Positions 31,722 through 41,022 of a stretch of 64,000 nucleotides of DNA are shown piece after piece. The stretch is from positions 672,001-736,000 of the forward strand of contig OY729431.1 of assembly GCA_963422395.1 (NCBI GenBank), in the 5' to 3' direction. Position numbers and translations under genes: made by a program. Under the pieces are notes generated by a model. The model was not told the origin of the DNA, ran no database searches, and saw only the letters and a program-made list of their open reading frames with translations. Position 1 is the first letter of the stretch. Each line of letters begins with the position of its first letter. This stretch comes from Vicinamibacteria bacterium (GTDB taxonomy: Bacteria > Acidobacteriota > Vicinamibacteria > Marinacidobacterales > Marinacidobacteraceae).

Positions 31722-32069
31722 ATGCAGGAAATTCGTATCTCGAAGTTCAAGGCGACCTGTCTCGAGGTCCTCGACCGGGTAGCGACGAGCGGCCGCCCGG
31801 TGTTGGTGACCCGGTTCGGCAGGCCGATCGCCCGGATCGTTCCGCCGCCGCCTGTTCCGCGGGCCGGATGGTTCGGCGCCATGAAGGGCACGGGCAGGAT
31901 GAACGACGACCTGATCGCCCCGGCTGCCGACCCGGCGGAATGGGAAGGGCGGCAGACTCGCTCGACTTTCTGCGAACCGCGGCGGCGGGCATCGAGAGAG
32001 GCCGAAGCCGAAGCGGACGGAACCCGGGAGAGAGGCGAGAGACGCTCCCGCCGGCGGGTGCCGGAATAG
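31722..32069 (+). CDS. orphan Phd/YefM-family antitoxin with read-through tail; cognate toxin absent
   Basis: MQEIRISKFKATCLEVLDRVATSGRPVLVTRFGRPIARIVP. GGAGG SD. No toxin ORF follows. Confidence 0.8.
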   Translation: MQEIRISKFKATCLEVLDRVATSGRPVLVTRFGRPIARIVPPPPVPRAGWFGAMKGTGRMNDDLIAPAADPAEWEGRQTRSTFCEPRRRASREAEAEADGTRERGERRSRRRVPE

Positions 32070-32124
32070 ACTCACCGAGAACCTCGCCCCTGAGAACCTC
32101 GCTCCTGACGGTCGGAGGGCTTGC

Positions 32125-34650
32125 GTGTCCCGGTTCTCGAAAGCCCTGCTCGAAAAATCCGATCCCCGAAGCTCTGGTCTCGGAGGCTCTCTTCGGGTCT
32201 CCGGCTGGCTGTTCGGTCGGTGCCTCGGTCGGTTGTCCGGCCGGTCGGCTGGCTGGTCGGCTGCCGCGGCGGTCGCGGGCACCGCGGCGAGCTTCGGGGC
32301 GGGTGCCGCCTTCGCGCAGGCCGCCGAGGCAGAACCAACTATAGAAAGGGTGGAGGACTCCTCGGTTTCCGCTTCGAGGCGGCGAAATTCCGAGGGGGAT
32401 GCAGTTTCCGCCGACCGGGGTTCGGGGCGGCTCGCCGAGGGACAGCCGGCGCCCCTGAGCCCGGCCCTGACCGGGCGGATCCTCGGCCCCCCCGCTCCGG
32501 CGGCGAACGAGGCGATCCGCCGGGCGGGCGACGGGGGCGTCACCCTGCGCGCCTTCCGGCTCGCCGAGCCGCTCACCGTGGATGGAGCCCTCGACGACCC
32601 GGTGTACGAGCAGGTTCCCGGGGCGGAAGGCTTCTTGCAGCAGGAGCCCGACGAAGGGGCGCCCGTTTCGGAGTCCACCCGCGTCTGGGTGTTCTACGAC
32701 ACGGGCAGCCTCTACATCGCCGCCCATCTGGAAGAGAACCATCCGGCCGAGTTCATGACCAACGAGATGCGCCGCGACCAGCGGAACATCGGCTGGGGCG
32801 ACAGCTTCTCCGTAGTCCTCGACCCGTTCTACGACCGCCGGAACGGTTTCCTGTTCCACACGAACGCGCTGGGCGCCCTCTACGACGCCCAGATAACCGA
32901 CGAGCGGAACACCAACAGCGACTGGAACACCGTGTGGTGGGTGAAGACCGAGCGCCTACAGGACGCCTGGACCGTAGAGATGCGGATCCCCTTCCGTTCG
33001 CTGCGCTACGCCGCGGGCGGACCCCAGCTCTGGGGGATCAACTTCCGCCGGCTCATCAAGCACGCGAACGAACGGGCGTTCCTCACTCCCACTCCCCAGG
33101 CGTATAGCCGGGACGGACTGATCCGGCTCTCCAACGCGGCGACCCTCGTCGGCCTCGAAGCGCCGGCAGGATCGAGGCGGATGGAGCTGAAGCCGTATCT
33201 GATCGGGTCTCAGAGCCACGTTCCCCTGAACGACGTTTGGAACGAATGGTCCGGCGATCTCGGCGCCGACTTCAAGTTCGGAGTCACCGACGGACTGACA
33301 GCCGATGTCACCTGGAACACCGACTTCGCGCAGGTGGAGGACGACGAGACCCAGATCAACCTGAGCCGTTTCAGCCTGTTCTACCCGGAAAAGCGCGAGT
33401 TCTTCCTCGAAGGGCAGGGAGTCTTCGACTTCGGCGGCCGCGAAACCCGATTCTTCGGAGGGGCGACGGACGTCCCCATCCCGTTCTTCAGCCGCTCCAT
33501 CGGAATCGAGGACGGCGACGCGGTGCCGATTCTCGGCGGCGCGCGGCTCCACGGCCGCGCCGGCGCCTACCAACTGGGACTCCTGAACATCCAGACCGGC
33601 GGCGTGTCCGCACTCGATGCGGCGAGCACGAACTTCAGCGCCTTCCGGGTGAAGCGGGATCTCTTCTCCCGGTCCAACATCGGGGTCATCGTCACCCACC
33701 GGAACCTGAGCGCCGGCGGCGCCGGAGCGAACTCGCTCTACGGAGTGGACGGGAACTTCAACCCGACCGAGAACATCCGGATCAACACCTTCTACATGGG
33801 GACCCGCGAGCCCGGCGTCGAAAGCGGGCACCGGGCCGCCAGCTACTTCGGCCAATTCCGCTACGACACCGACCTGATCGATCTCACCGCCGAGCGTCTC
33901 TATCTGGGCGAGGACTTCGACCCGGGCATGGGCTTCGTGCGCCGCCGGGACTTCACGAAGAACGGGGGCAGCCTCCAGTTCTCCCCGCGCCCCCGGAGCA
34001 TCAAAGCGGTCCGGCAGTTCGAGTTCGAGGCAGAGGCCAGCAACTACGACCGCCCCGACGGCGAGCTGGAGACGCGCGAGTACCAGTTCGGCGCCCGAGC
34101 CGTCTTCGAGAGCAGCGACCGCCTCATGTTCGACCACACCGTGACCGAAGAGCGGCTCCTCGATGGTTTCGACCTCTCGGACACGGTCGGGGTTCCCGCC
34201 GGGAACTATCGGTTCTCCCGCACCGGGGTACGGGTGCGGATGGGATCCCACCGCGCGCTCTCGGGAATGTTTCGCTACGAGTTCGGAGACTTCTTCGGCG
34301 GCTCCCGCCGGGAAGTGAGTTACTGGGGGCGGGCCGAGGTGAACCAGCGCTTCTCGCTCGAGCCCAACATCAGTTTCAACTGGATCGAGGTGCCGGAGGG
34401 CGAAGTGGAGGCGCAGGTGAGCCGCCTGCGCGCGACCTGGACCGTCTCGCCCCGCAGCTTCGCGGGCGTGCTCGTCCAGTACAATTCGGCGGCTCGATCG
34501 ATTTCGGCGAACGTCCGCTTTCGCTGGGAGTACTCCCCGGGCAGCGATCTGTTCGTGGTCTTCAGCACGAACCGCAATGGGGACGACGGACTCTCCGGGC
34601 TCAGCGACCGGACGCTCGTGGTGAAGTTCACTCGGTTGTTCCGGTTCTGA
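32125..34650 (+). CDS. CBM9-like / DUF5916 outer-membrane beta-barrel protein, paralog 1
   Basis: Signal-like AFAQ. DGALDDPVY, W.VEMRIPFRSLRY, NTDFAQVE.D, EKREFFLEG, FFSR. C-terminal ...LFRF beta-signal. Start codon uncertain. Confidence 0.8.
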   Translation: MSRFSKALLEKSDPRSSGLGGSLRVSGWLFGRCLGRLSGRSAGWSAAAAVAGTAASFGAGAAFAQAAEAEPTIERVEDSSVSASRRRNSEGDAVSADRGSGRLAEGQPAPLSPALTGRILGPPAPAANEAIRRAGDGGVTLRAFRLAEPLTVDGALDDPVYEQVPGAEGFLQQEPDEGAPVSESTRVWVFYDTGSLYIAAHLEENHPAEFMTNEMRRDQRNIGWGDSFSVVLDPFYDRRNGFLFHTNALGALYDAQITDERNTNSDWNTVWWVKTERLQDAWTVEMRIPFRSLRYAAGGPQLWGINFRRLIKHANERAFLTPTPQAYSRDGLIRLSNAATLVGLEAPAGSRRMELKPYLIGSQSHVPLNDVWNEWSGDLGADFKFGVTDGLTADVTWNTDFAQVEDDETQINLSRFSLFYPEKREFFLEGQGVFDFGGRETRFFGGATDVPIPFFSRSIGIEDGDAVPILGGARLHGRAGAYQLGLLNIQTGGVSALDAASTNFSAFRVKRDLFSRSNIGVIVTHRNLSAGGAGANSLYGVDGNFNPTENIRINTFYMGTREPGVESGHRAASYFGQFRYDTDLIDLTAERLYLGEDFDPGMGFVRRRDFTKNGGSLQFSPRPRSIKAVRQFEFEAEASNYDRPDGELETREYQFGARAVFESSDRLMFDHTVTEERLLDGFDLSDTVGVPAGNYRFSRTGVRVRMGSHRALSGMFRYEFGDFFGGSRREVSYWGRAEVNQRFSLEPNISFNWIEVPEGEVEAQVSRLRATWTVSPRSFAGVLVQYNSAARSISANVRFRWEYSPGSDLFVVFSTNRNGDDGLSGLSDRTLVVKFTRLFRF

Positions 34651-34748
34651 CACGAACGCGGGAGCCCGGCGCCAACTGACGCCAAAGCTAGACTGAGCGA
34701 GCGTCTTCGACCGCCCAATCCGGGAACCGGGTTCCCAGGTGCCGCCTC

Positions 34749-37190
34749 TTGCCGACTCCCCGTTTCGTGTGGCGGGGCGTTGCCGCAGTTTGGTTTTCGG
34801 GCCTGTTGGCCGGTGCCGCGCCCGCTCCGTCAGGACCCGCTCCGCCGCCCGATGACCGCCGGGACCGACGAATCCAGGGACGAATCCAGGACGGACAACA
34901 GGACGGACGAGACGAGCAGGGCGGCCACGACCGCCGGGGCGGCTCTTCGTTCGGCCTGCGCGGGGCGGGCAGGCTCGCGGACCGTCAGCAGGATCCCGGT
35001 GCGGCGATGGCCGGCCGTATCCTCGGTCCACCGGCGCCCGTGGCCGGCGAGTCGGTCCGCCGCGGCGCCGGCGGGCGGGTGACGCTCCGCGCCTTCCGCT
35101 TGGCTGAGCCCCTCACCGTGGACGGGGTGCTCGACGATCCGGTGTACGACCAGGCGCCGGCGGCGGACGGATTCGTGCAGCAGGAGCCCGACGAGGGCGC
35201 GCCGGCCTCGGAGTCCACCCGCGTCTGGGTGTTCTACGACGCGGACAGCCTCTACATCGCCGCCGAGCTGGAAGAATTGCATCCGGGGCGGCTAATGGCC
35301 AGAGAGATGCGCCGCGACCACCGGAGCATCGGCTGGAACGACAGCTTCCAGGTCATCCTCGACACCTTCTACGACCGCCGGAACGGTTTCCTGTTCCATA
35401 CGAACGCGCTGGGGGCGCTCTACGACGCGCAGGTGACCGACGAACGGAACACCAACAGCGACTGGAACACGGTCTGGTGGGTCGAGACCGCAACCGGGGA
35501 ACGGGGCTGGACGGCGGAGATCCGCATCCCCTTCCGCTCACTGCGCTACGCCGCCGGCGGACCCCAGCTCTGGGGGATCAACTTCCAGCGGAACATCAAG
35601 CACCGGAACGAAAAGGTGTTCTTCACCCCCACGCCGCAGGCCTACAACCGGGAGGCGCTGATCCGCCTGTCCAATGCCGCGACGCTCGTGGGTCTCGAAG
35701 CGCCCTCCGGGTCCCGGCGGATGGAGCTGAAGCCGTACCTGATCGGTTCGCAGCAGCACGCTCCCCTGAACGGCGTCGCGAACGAATGGTCCGGCGACCT
35801 CGGCGCCGACTTCAAGTTCGGGGTCACCGACGGGCTGACCGCCGATGTCACCTGGAACACCGACTTCGCGCAGGTGGAAGACGACGAGACCCAGATCAAC
35901 CTGAGCCGTTTCAGCCTGTTCTTCCCGGAAAAGCGCGAGTTCTTCCTCGAAGGGCAGGGGGTCTTCGACTTCGGCGGCCGCCAGACCCGCGCCTTCGGCG
36001 GTCCGACGGACGTTCCCATCCCCTTCTTCAGCCGCTCGATCGGCATCTCGGACAGCTCTGTAGTGCCGATTCTCGGCGGCGCGCGGCTCCACGGCCGCGC
36101 CGGCGCCTACCAACTGGGGCTCCTGAACATCCAGGCCGGCGACGTCCCCGGACTCGATGCGGCGAGCACGAACTTCAGCGCCTTTCGGGTGAAACGCGAC
36201 CTCTTCGCCCGGTCCAGCATCGGAGTGATCGCCACGCACCGCAACGTCGGCGCCGACGGATCGGGCTCCAACTCCCTCTATGGCGCCGACGGGAACTTCA
36301 ACCCGACCGAGAACATCCGGATCAACACCTTCTACATGGGGACCCGCGAGTCCGGCGTCGAAACCGGACACCGGGCCGCCAGCTATCTGGGCCAGTTCCG
36401 CTACGACACCGACCTGATCGACCTCACCGCCGAGCGTCTCTATCTGGGCGAGGACTTCGACCCGGGCATGGGCTTCGTGCGCCGCCGGGATTTCACGAAG
36501 AACGGAGGCAGCCTCCAGTTCTCCCCGCGTCCCCGGGGGATCGAACGGATCCGGCAGTTCGAGTTCAAGGCGGAGGCGAACGACTACCGGCGCCCCGACG
36601 GCGGACTCGAAACGCGGGAGTACTCGTTCGAGGGACGCGCCATCTTCGAGAGCAGCGACCGTTTCGTGGTGGACCACAGCGTGACCGAAGAGCGGCTGCT
36701 GGACGGTTTCGACCTCTCGGACACGGTCGGAGTGCCCGCCGGGAACTACCGTTTCGCCCGCACCGGCGTCCGTTTCTGGATGGGAACGCACCGCGCGGTC
36801 TCCGGATACTTCCGCTACGAGTTCGGGGACTTCTTCGGCGGCTCTCGCCGGGAGGTGAGCTACTGGGGGCGCGCCGAGGTGAACCGCCGCTTCTCCATGG
36901 AGCCGAATATCAGCCTCAACTGGATCGAGGTGCCGGAGGGAGAACTCCGGGCGCAGGTCAGCCGGCTGCGCGCGACCTGGACGGTCTCTCCGCGCAGCTT
37001 CGTGGGAGCACTCCTCCAATACAACTCGGCGGCGCAGCTCTTCTCTGCCAACGTCCGTTTCCGCTGGGAGTACTCGCCGGGCAGCGATGTGTTCATGGTC
37101 TTCAGCACGAACCGCGACGGCGGCGACGGGCTCTCCGGACTCACCGACCGGGCGCTGGTCGTCAAGTTCACCCGGCTGTTCCGGTTCTGA
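34749..37190 (+). CDS. CBM9-like / DUF5916 outer-membrane beta-barrel protein, paralog 2
   Basis: Same motifs. Long near-identical DNA blocks shared with paralog 1 at an offset of 2540 nt. Confidence 0.8.
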   Translation: MPTPRFVWRGVAAVWFSGLLAGAAPAPSGPAPPPDDRRDRRIQGRIQDGQQDGRDEQGGHDRRGGSSFGLRGAGRLADRQQDPGAAMAGRILGPPAPVAGESVRRGAGGRVTLRAFRLAEPLTVDGVLDDPVYDQAPAADGFVQQEPDEGAPASESTRVWVFYDADSLYIAAELEELHPGRLMAREMRRDHRSIGWNDSFQVILDTFYDRRNGFLFHTNALGALYDAQVTDERNTNSDWNTVWWVETATGERGWTAEIRIPFRSLRYAAGGPQLWGINFQRNIKHRNEKVFFTPTPQAYNREALIRLSNAATLVGLEAPSGSRRMELKPYLIGSQQHAPLNGVANEWSGDLGADFKFGVTDGLTADVTWNTDFAQVEDDETQINLSRFSLFFPEKREFFLEGQGVFDFGGRQTRAFGGPTDVPIPFFSRSIGISDSSVVPILGGARLHGRAGAYQLGLLNIQAGDVPGLDAASTNFSAFRVKRDLFARSSIGVIATHRNVGADGSGSNSLYGADGNFNPTENIRINTFYMGTRESGVETGHRAASYLGQFRYDTDLIDLTAERLYLGEDFDPGMGFVRRRDFTKNGGSLQFSPRPRGIERIRQFEFKAEANDYRRPDGGLETREYSFEGRAIFESSDRFVVDHSVTEERLLDGFDLSDTVGVPAGNYRFARTGVRFWMGTHRAVSGYFRYEFGDFFGGSRREVSYWGRAEVNRRFSMEPNISLNWIEVPEGELRAQVSRLRATWTVSPRSFVGALLQYNSAAQLFSANVRFRWEYSPGSDVFMVFSTNRDGGDGLSGLTDRALVVKFTRLFRF

Positions 37191-37221
37191 CGCGCGGGCC
37201 GTCAGGCCACCACTCCCCTTC

Positions 37222-39711
37222 GTGCTCTCATCCCGCCCGCGATTCGACCGCCCGCGATTCGACCGGCCGCGATTCGACCGGCCCCGATCCGGCCCGTCAT
37301 CCTTCGGCCCATCGCGATCCGGGTGCTTCTCCCCGTTCGCGCTGGCCCTGGGCAGCCTGCTCTGCCCCTCCGCCCTCTTCGCGCAGGGGGATCCCGAGCA
37401 GCGCGGATCGAACGGACGAAAAGCCGCCGAACAGGAGACCGCTGGGCAGGAGGTCGTCGGGCAGGGGACCGATTCCCCGGAGGAACTAGGCTTCGTGGTA
37501 CGGGGTCCGGCAGCACCCGAGCTCCCCGAGATGGTGCGCCGCGACGACCTCGGCGGCGCCACCATGCGCGCCGCCCGGCTCGAAGAGCCGCTCGATTTCG
37601 ACGGCCGCCTCGACGATGCGGTCTACGACCGAGTGCCGGGGGTTTCGGGGTTCCTACAGGCGCTGCCGCTCGAAGGGGAGCCGGCGACCGAGGATACCGA
37701 GGTCTGGGTCTTCTTCGACGACGATGCGGTGTATGTCGCCGGCCGCGCCTGGGATTCTCAGCCCGAGCGGATGGTGGCCACCGAGATGCGGCGCGACAAC
37801 TTCGGCATCTTCAACAACGAGAATCTGGCCGTCATCTTCGACACCTTCTACGACCGCCGGAACGCTTTCTTCTTCTACATGAATCCCATCGGCGGGTTCT
37901 TCGACGGGCTCATCGTGGACGAACGGAATGTCAACCGCGACTGGACCGCAGTCTGGGATTCCCGCGCCGCCCGTTTCGAGGGCGGCTGGACGATGGAGAT
38001 GCGGATTCCGTTCAAGACGCTGCGCTACGCCAGCGGCGGCCCGCAGGTCTGGGGCATCAACTTCCGCCGGGTGGTCCGCTGGAAGAACGAGATCTCCTAC
38101 CTGACCCGCGTGCCCGCCGCGCTCGGCCCGCGGGCGATCACCAAGGTCAGTTCCGCCGGCACCCTCGTCGGTCTCGTCGCGCCGGCCAGCTCGCGGACGG
38201 TCGAGGTGAAGCCGTACGGAATCGGGAGCGCCGCTGGAGCGCGGGGAGACAGCGCCGGTGCCCTCGACCGGGAATTCAGCGGCGATGTCGGCGTGGACGC
38301 GAAGGTCGGGATCACCAGCGGGCTCACCGCCGATCTCACCTGGAACACCGACTTCGCCCAGGTGGAGGCCGACGCGCAGCAGATCAACCTCACTCGGTTC
38401 AGCCTCTTCTTCCCCGAAAAGCGCGAGTTCTTCCTCGAGGGGCAGGGAATCTTCGGCTTCGGAACCTCGACCAGAGCCCCGCCGGCGGGCTCGACCCGCA
38501 GCTTCGGGCCGCCGAGCAGTACCCCGGTGCTCTTCTTCAGCCGGAAGATCGGCATCGCCGACGGCCAGGCGGTGCCGATCCTCGGCGGCGGGCGGGTGAC
38601 CGGGAAGCTGGGCGGTTACCACCTCGGGGCGCTCGCCATCCGCAGCGGGGGAAGCGCCGCCGCCGGCGCTCCGGCGACCGATTTCTCCGTCCTCCGGCTG
38701 AAACGGGATGTGCTGAGCCGCAGCACCGTGGGGGTCATCGGGACCTACCGCTCGCACACCGAGAGCACTTCCAACGCGAGCGGCTGGGGCCGGAACTTCG
38801 CCTACGGGATGGATGCCCGCTTCGGGTTCTTCGAGCACCTCGACATCCGCAGCTACGCCGCCTGGACGCAGAACGAGCGCGAAGACCGGACCGGGATGAG
38901 TTATCTCGGCCAACTCGAGTACGGCGGCGACCGCTACGGGCTGCAGCTGGAGCGGCTCGTCGTCGGCGAGGGCTTCGACCCCGGAATCGGGTTTCTGCGC
39001 CGCCGCGATTTCCAGCGCAACTACGCCGAGGCCCGCTTCAGCCCCCGGCCGTACTCGATTCCCTGGCTGCGCAAGATCGGCTGGACCGGCAGCATCGACT
39101 ACACCACCGACAACGAGGGTGTCCTGGAGACCCGGATCTTTTCGCTGCGCCAGGAAATGGAGTTCGAGAACGGCGACAGCTTCCGCGTGAACGCGGCGCG
39201 CAATCGGGAAGTGCTCGGCGAGGACTTCCAGCTCGGCGACGACCTCGGAGTGGCGGCGGGGGCGTACGACTTCGGCTTCGCCCGCCTCAGCTACCAGGCA
39301 GGCCCCCAGCGTGCGGTCTCGGGCAACTTCGCCTACCAGCAGGGCGGTTTCTTTTCGGGAACCCGGCGGGAACTCGCCTGGCGCGGCCGGGTCGAGGTCA
39401 TGCCGCGGCTCACCCTCGAGCCCTCGTTCTCGCTGAACTGGATCGCGCTCCCCGAGGGGGACTACGACACCCGGCTGGTCGCCTCTCGGGTCAACTACAC
39501 CCTTTCGCCGCGGAGCTTCCTCGCCGCCTTCCTCCAGTACAACAGCGCCGCGAACAGCCTCTCCACGAATGTCCGCTTTCGCTGGGAGTACCAGCCGGGC
39601 AGCGACTTCTATGTCGTGTACAACTCGGTCCGCGACTCCCTGGTCCCCGGCTATCCCGAGCTCGAAACCCAGACCCTCATCGTGAAGTTCACCCGCCTCT
39701 TCCGCTTCTGA
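37222..39711 (+). CDS. CBM9-like / DUF5916 outer-membrane beta-barrel protein, paralog 3
   Basis: GTG at 37222 is the first in-frame start after the paralog 2 stop. Same motifs, more diverged. Ends VKFTRLFRF. Confidence 0.8.
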   Translation: MLSSRPRFDRPRFDRPRFDRPRSGPSSFGPSRSGCFSPFALALGSLLCPSALFAQGDPEQRGSNGRKAAEQETAGQEVVGQGTDSPEELGFVVRGPAAPELPEMVRRDDLGGATMRAARLEEPLDFDGRLDDAVYDRVPGVSGFLQALPLEGEPATEDTEVWVFFDDDAVYVAGRAWDSQPERMVATEMRRDNFGIFNNENLAVIFDTFYDRRNAFFFYMNPIGGFFDGLIVDERNVNRDWTAVWDSRAARFEGGWTMEMRIPFKTLRYASGGPQVWGINFRRVVRWKNEISYLTRVPAALGPRAITKVSSAGTLVGLVAPASSRTVEVKPYGIGSAAGARGDSAGALDREFSGDVGVDAKVGITSGLTADLTWNTDFAQVEADAQQINLTRFSLFFPEKREFFLEGQGIFGFGTSTRAPPAGSTRSFGPPSSTPVLFFSRKIGIADGQAVPILGGGRVTGKLGGYHLGALAIRSGGSAAAGAPATDFSVLRLKRDVLSRSTVGVIGTYRSHTESTSNASGWGRNFAYGMDARFGFFEHLDIRSYAAWTQNEREDRTGMSYLGQLEYGGDRYGLQLERLVVGEGFDPGIGFLRRRDFQRNYAEARFSPRPYSIPWLRKIGWTGSIDYTTDNEGVLETRIFSLRQEMEFENGDSFRVNAARNREVLGEDFQLGDDLGVAAGAYDFGFARLSYQAGPQRAVSGNFAYQQGGFFSGTRRELAWRGRVEVMPRLTLEPSFSLNWIALPEGDYDTRLVASRVNYTLSPRSFLAAFLQYNSAANSLSTNVRFRWEYQPGSDFYVVYNSVRDSLVPGYPELETQTLIVKFTRLFRF
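37234..37293 (+). repeat. 15-bp tandem repeat (CG[C/G]CCGCGATTCGAC x3 plus a degenerate copy), encodes RPRFD repeats
   Basis: Read directly at 37234, 37249, 37264 and 37279. Confidence 0.85.
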
Positions 39712-39837
39712 CCGCGGGGGCGGGGGGTCGGTTCGCTCGTTCCGCCGGCAGGGGAGGGAACGACGAGGCGGTAGTCAGGCGGCCCGCCCGCAGGCGCCGG
39801 GGCGGCCGCGCGCGCGGCACCCGGACCGCAGGCCGCG

Positions 39838-40419
39838 CTACCAGACGGAGAGGGAGACCCGCGTCTCGGCGTCCTGCACCTCGACTTCCGCGCCGCGGGC
39901 GAGGGCGATCAGCGAAAGCGCCAGCTCCCGGGCATCGCAACGGATCCGGGAGGAGCCTTCGACTTCCTCACAGGCGCCGGCGGCTTCGTCGAGCGCCCGA
40001 AGCGGGGTCCGGACGAAAACCCGGCTGCCGGCTTCCCCGCCTTCGCGCACTCGGATCACCAGGTCTTCGTCCGCTTTGGCGACCCGCAAGAGGAGGTCCT
40101 CGCCATCGGTGATCTCGACGAGTACCGCATCGGGGGCGGCCTTCAGCGCTTCGAGGGTCGCATTGAGAGCCGCGAGCGCCGGCGCCCCGAACTCGTCCAG
40201 CTCTTCCTCCCCGAGGTAGTGCGGAAGGAGATGGTCGGGAGCGAAACGGAGGGCGGCCAGGGGAAGCAGCAGCGGGACCGGCGCGGTGAAGCGCGTCGCC
40301 TCGGGCGAGCCTTCGGCCACGACCGAGACGAGCGCGACGCCGCAGGCCGAGACGCAGGCGCCGAAGAGCAGCGCGGCGATCAGCGCCGCCGCCAGCAGGA
40401 TTCCGAGAACGCGAAGCAT
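39838..40419 (-). CDS. hypothetical membrane-anchored protein (193 aa)
   Basis: N-terminal hydrophobic helix. Repeated xP-L motifs similar to the neighbouring gene. Confidence 0.7.
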   Translation of the reverse strand: MLRVLGILLAAALIAALLFGACVSACGVALVSVVAEGSPEATRFTAPVPLLLPLAALRFAPDHLLPHYLGEEELDEFGAPALAALNATLEALKAAPDAVLVEITDGEDLLLRVAKADEDLVIRVREGGEAGSRVFVRTPLRALDEAAGACEEVEGSSRIRCDARELALSLIALARGAEVEVQDAETRVSLSVW

Positions 40420-40431
40420 GACGAGGAGCGG

Positions 40432-41022
40432 CTACTGCGGTCCGATCCAGACGCGAACCTGGCCGTCCTCGCCTCGCATCGAGACGAGGTCCCCCTCGTG
40501 GCTGCCGAGGCTGCGGATGGCCCGGCGGAAGTCCGGTTCCTCTCCGGCCCCGCTGAAGAGCGCGTCGAGCACTGCCACCGGGAAGCGGATTTCGAGCGAA
40601 CCGTCGTCACCGGAGCCTTCGATCCGGACTTCATCGCCGGTGATCCACCCGTCGAGGCCGCCGCCGTCCTCTGCCGCGAGCTGCACCCGGGCGCCCGGCT
40701 CAGCGCGAAGCGCCTCCCAGAAGGCGCGGAGATCTTCCATCTTCAGCTCCACGCCGTCTTCCGAGCGGCGGGTCGCTTCCTCGAGCATCCGCTCCCCCAT
40801 GGAGTCGCCGAGCGCTTCCACGGCGGCGAGCGGCAGGTTGACCTCGACTTTCGTCTCGTCGGAGTCGTCCTGGACCTGCACATGGAGCCAGGGTTTCGCG
40901 GGCTGGCCGAGCGCCGGCGCGGCGGCGAGCGCAAAGACTCCGACCGCGGCGGCGAAGCCGGCGAACCGACTTCGAAGCGCGGTGCGGGGCAGTTGGGATG
41001 GAATACGCGGGAGAGTGAGCAT
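40432..41022 (-). CDS. hypothetical secreted protein (196 aa)
   Basis: Signal peptide (..FALAAAPALG). WLHVQV..KVEVNLPL and LEIRFPV form an internal repeat. Confidence 0.72.
   Translation of the reverse strand: MLTLPRIPSQLPRTALRSRFAGFAAAVGVFALAAAPALGQPAKPWLHVQVQDDSDETKVEVNLPLAAVEALGDSMGERMLEEATRRSEDGVELKMEDLRAFWEALRAEPGARVQLAAEDGGGLDGWITGDEVRIEGSGDDGSLEIRFPVAVLDALFSGAGEEPDFRRAIRSLGSHEGDLVSMRGEDGQVRVWIGPQ

Noticed and set aside
37234-37293. Short direct repeats as a possible CRISPR array
   Set aside because: The 15-bp units are contiguous with no spacers and lie inside a CDS. No cas genes are in the window.
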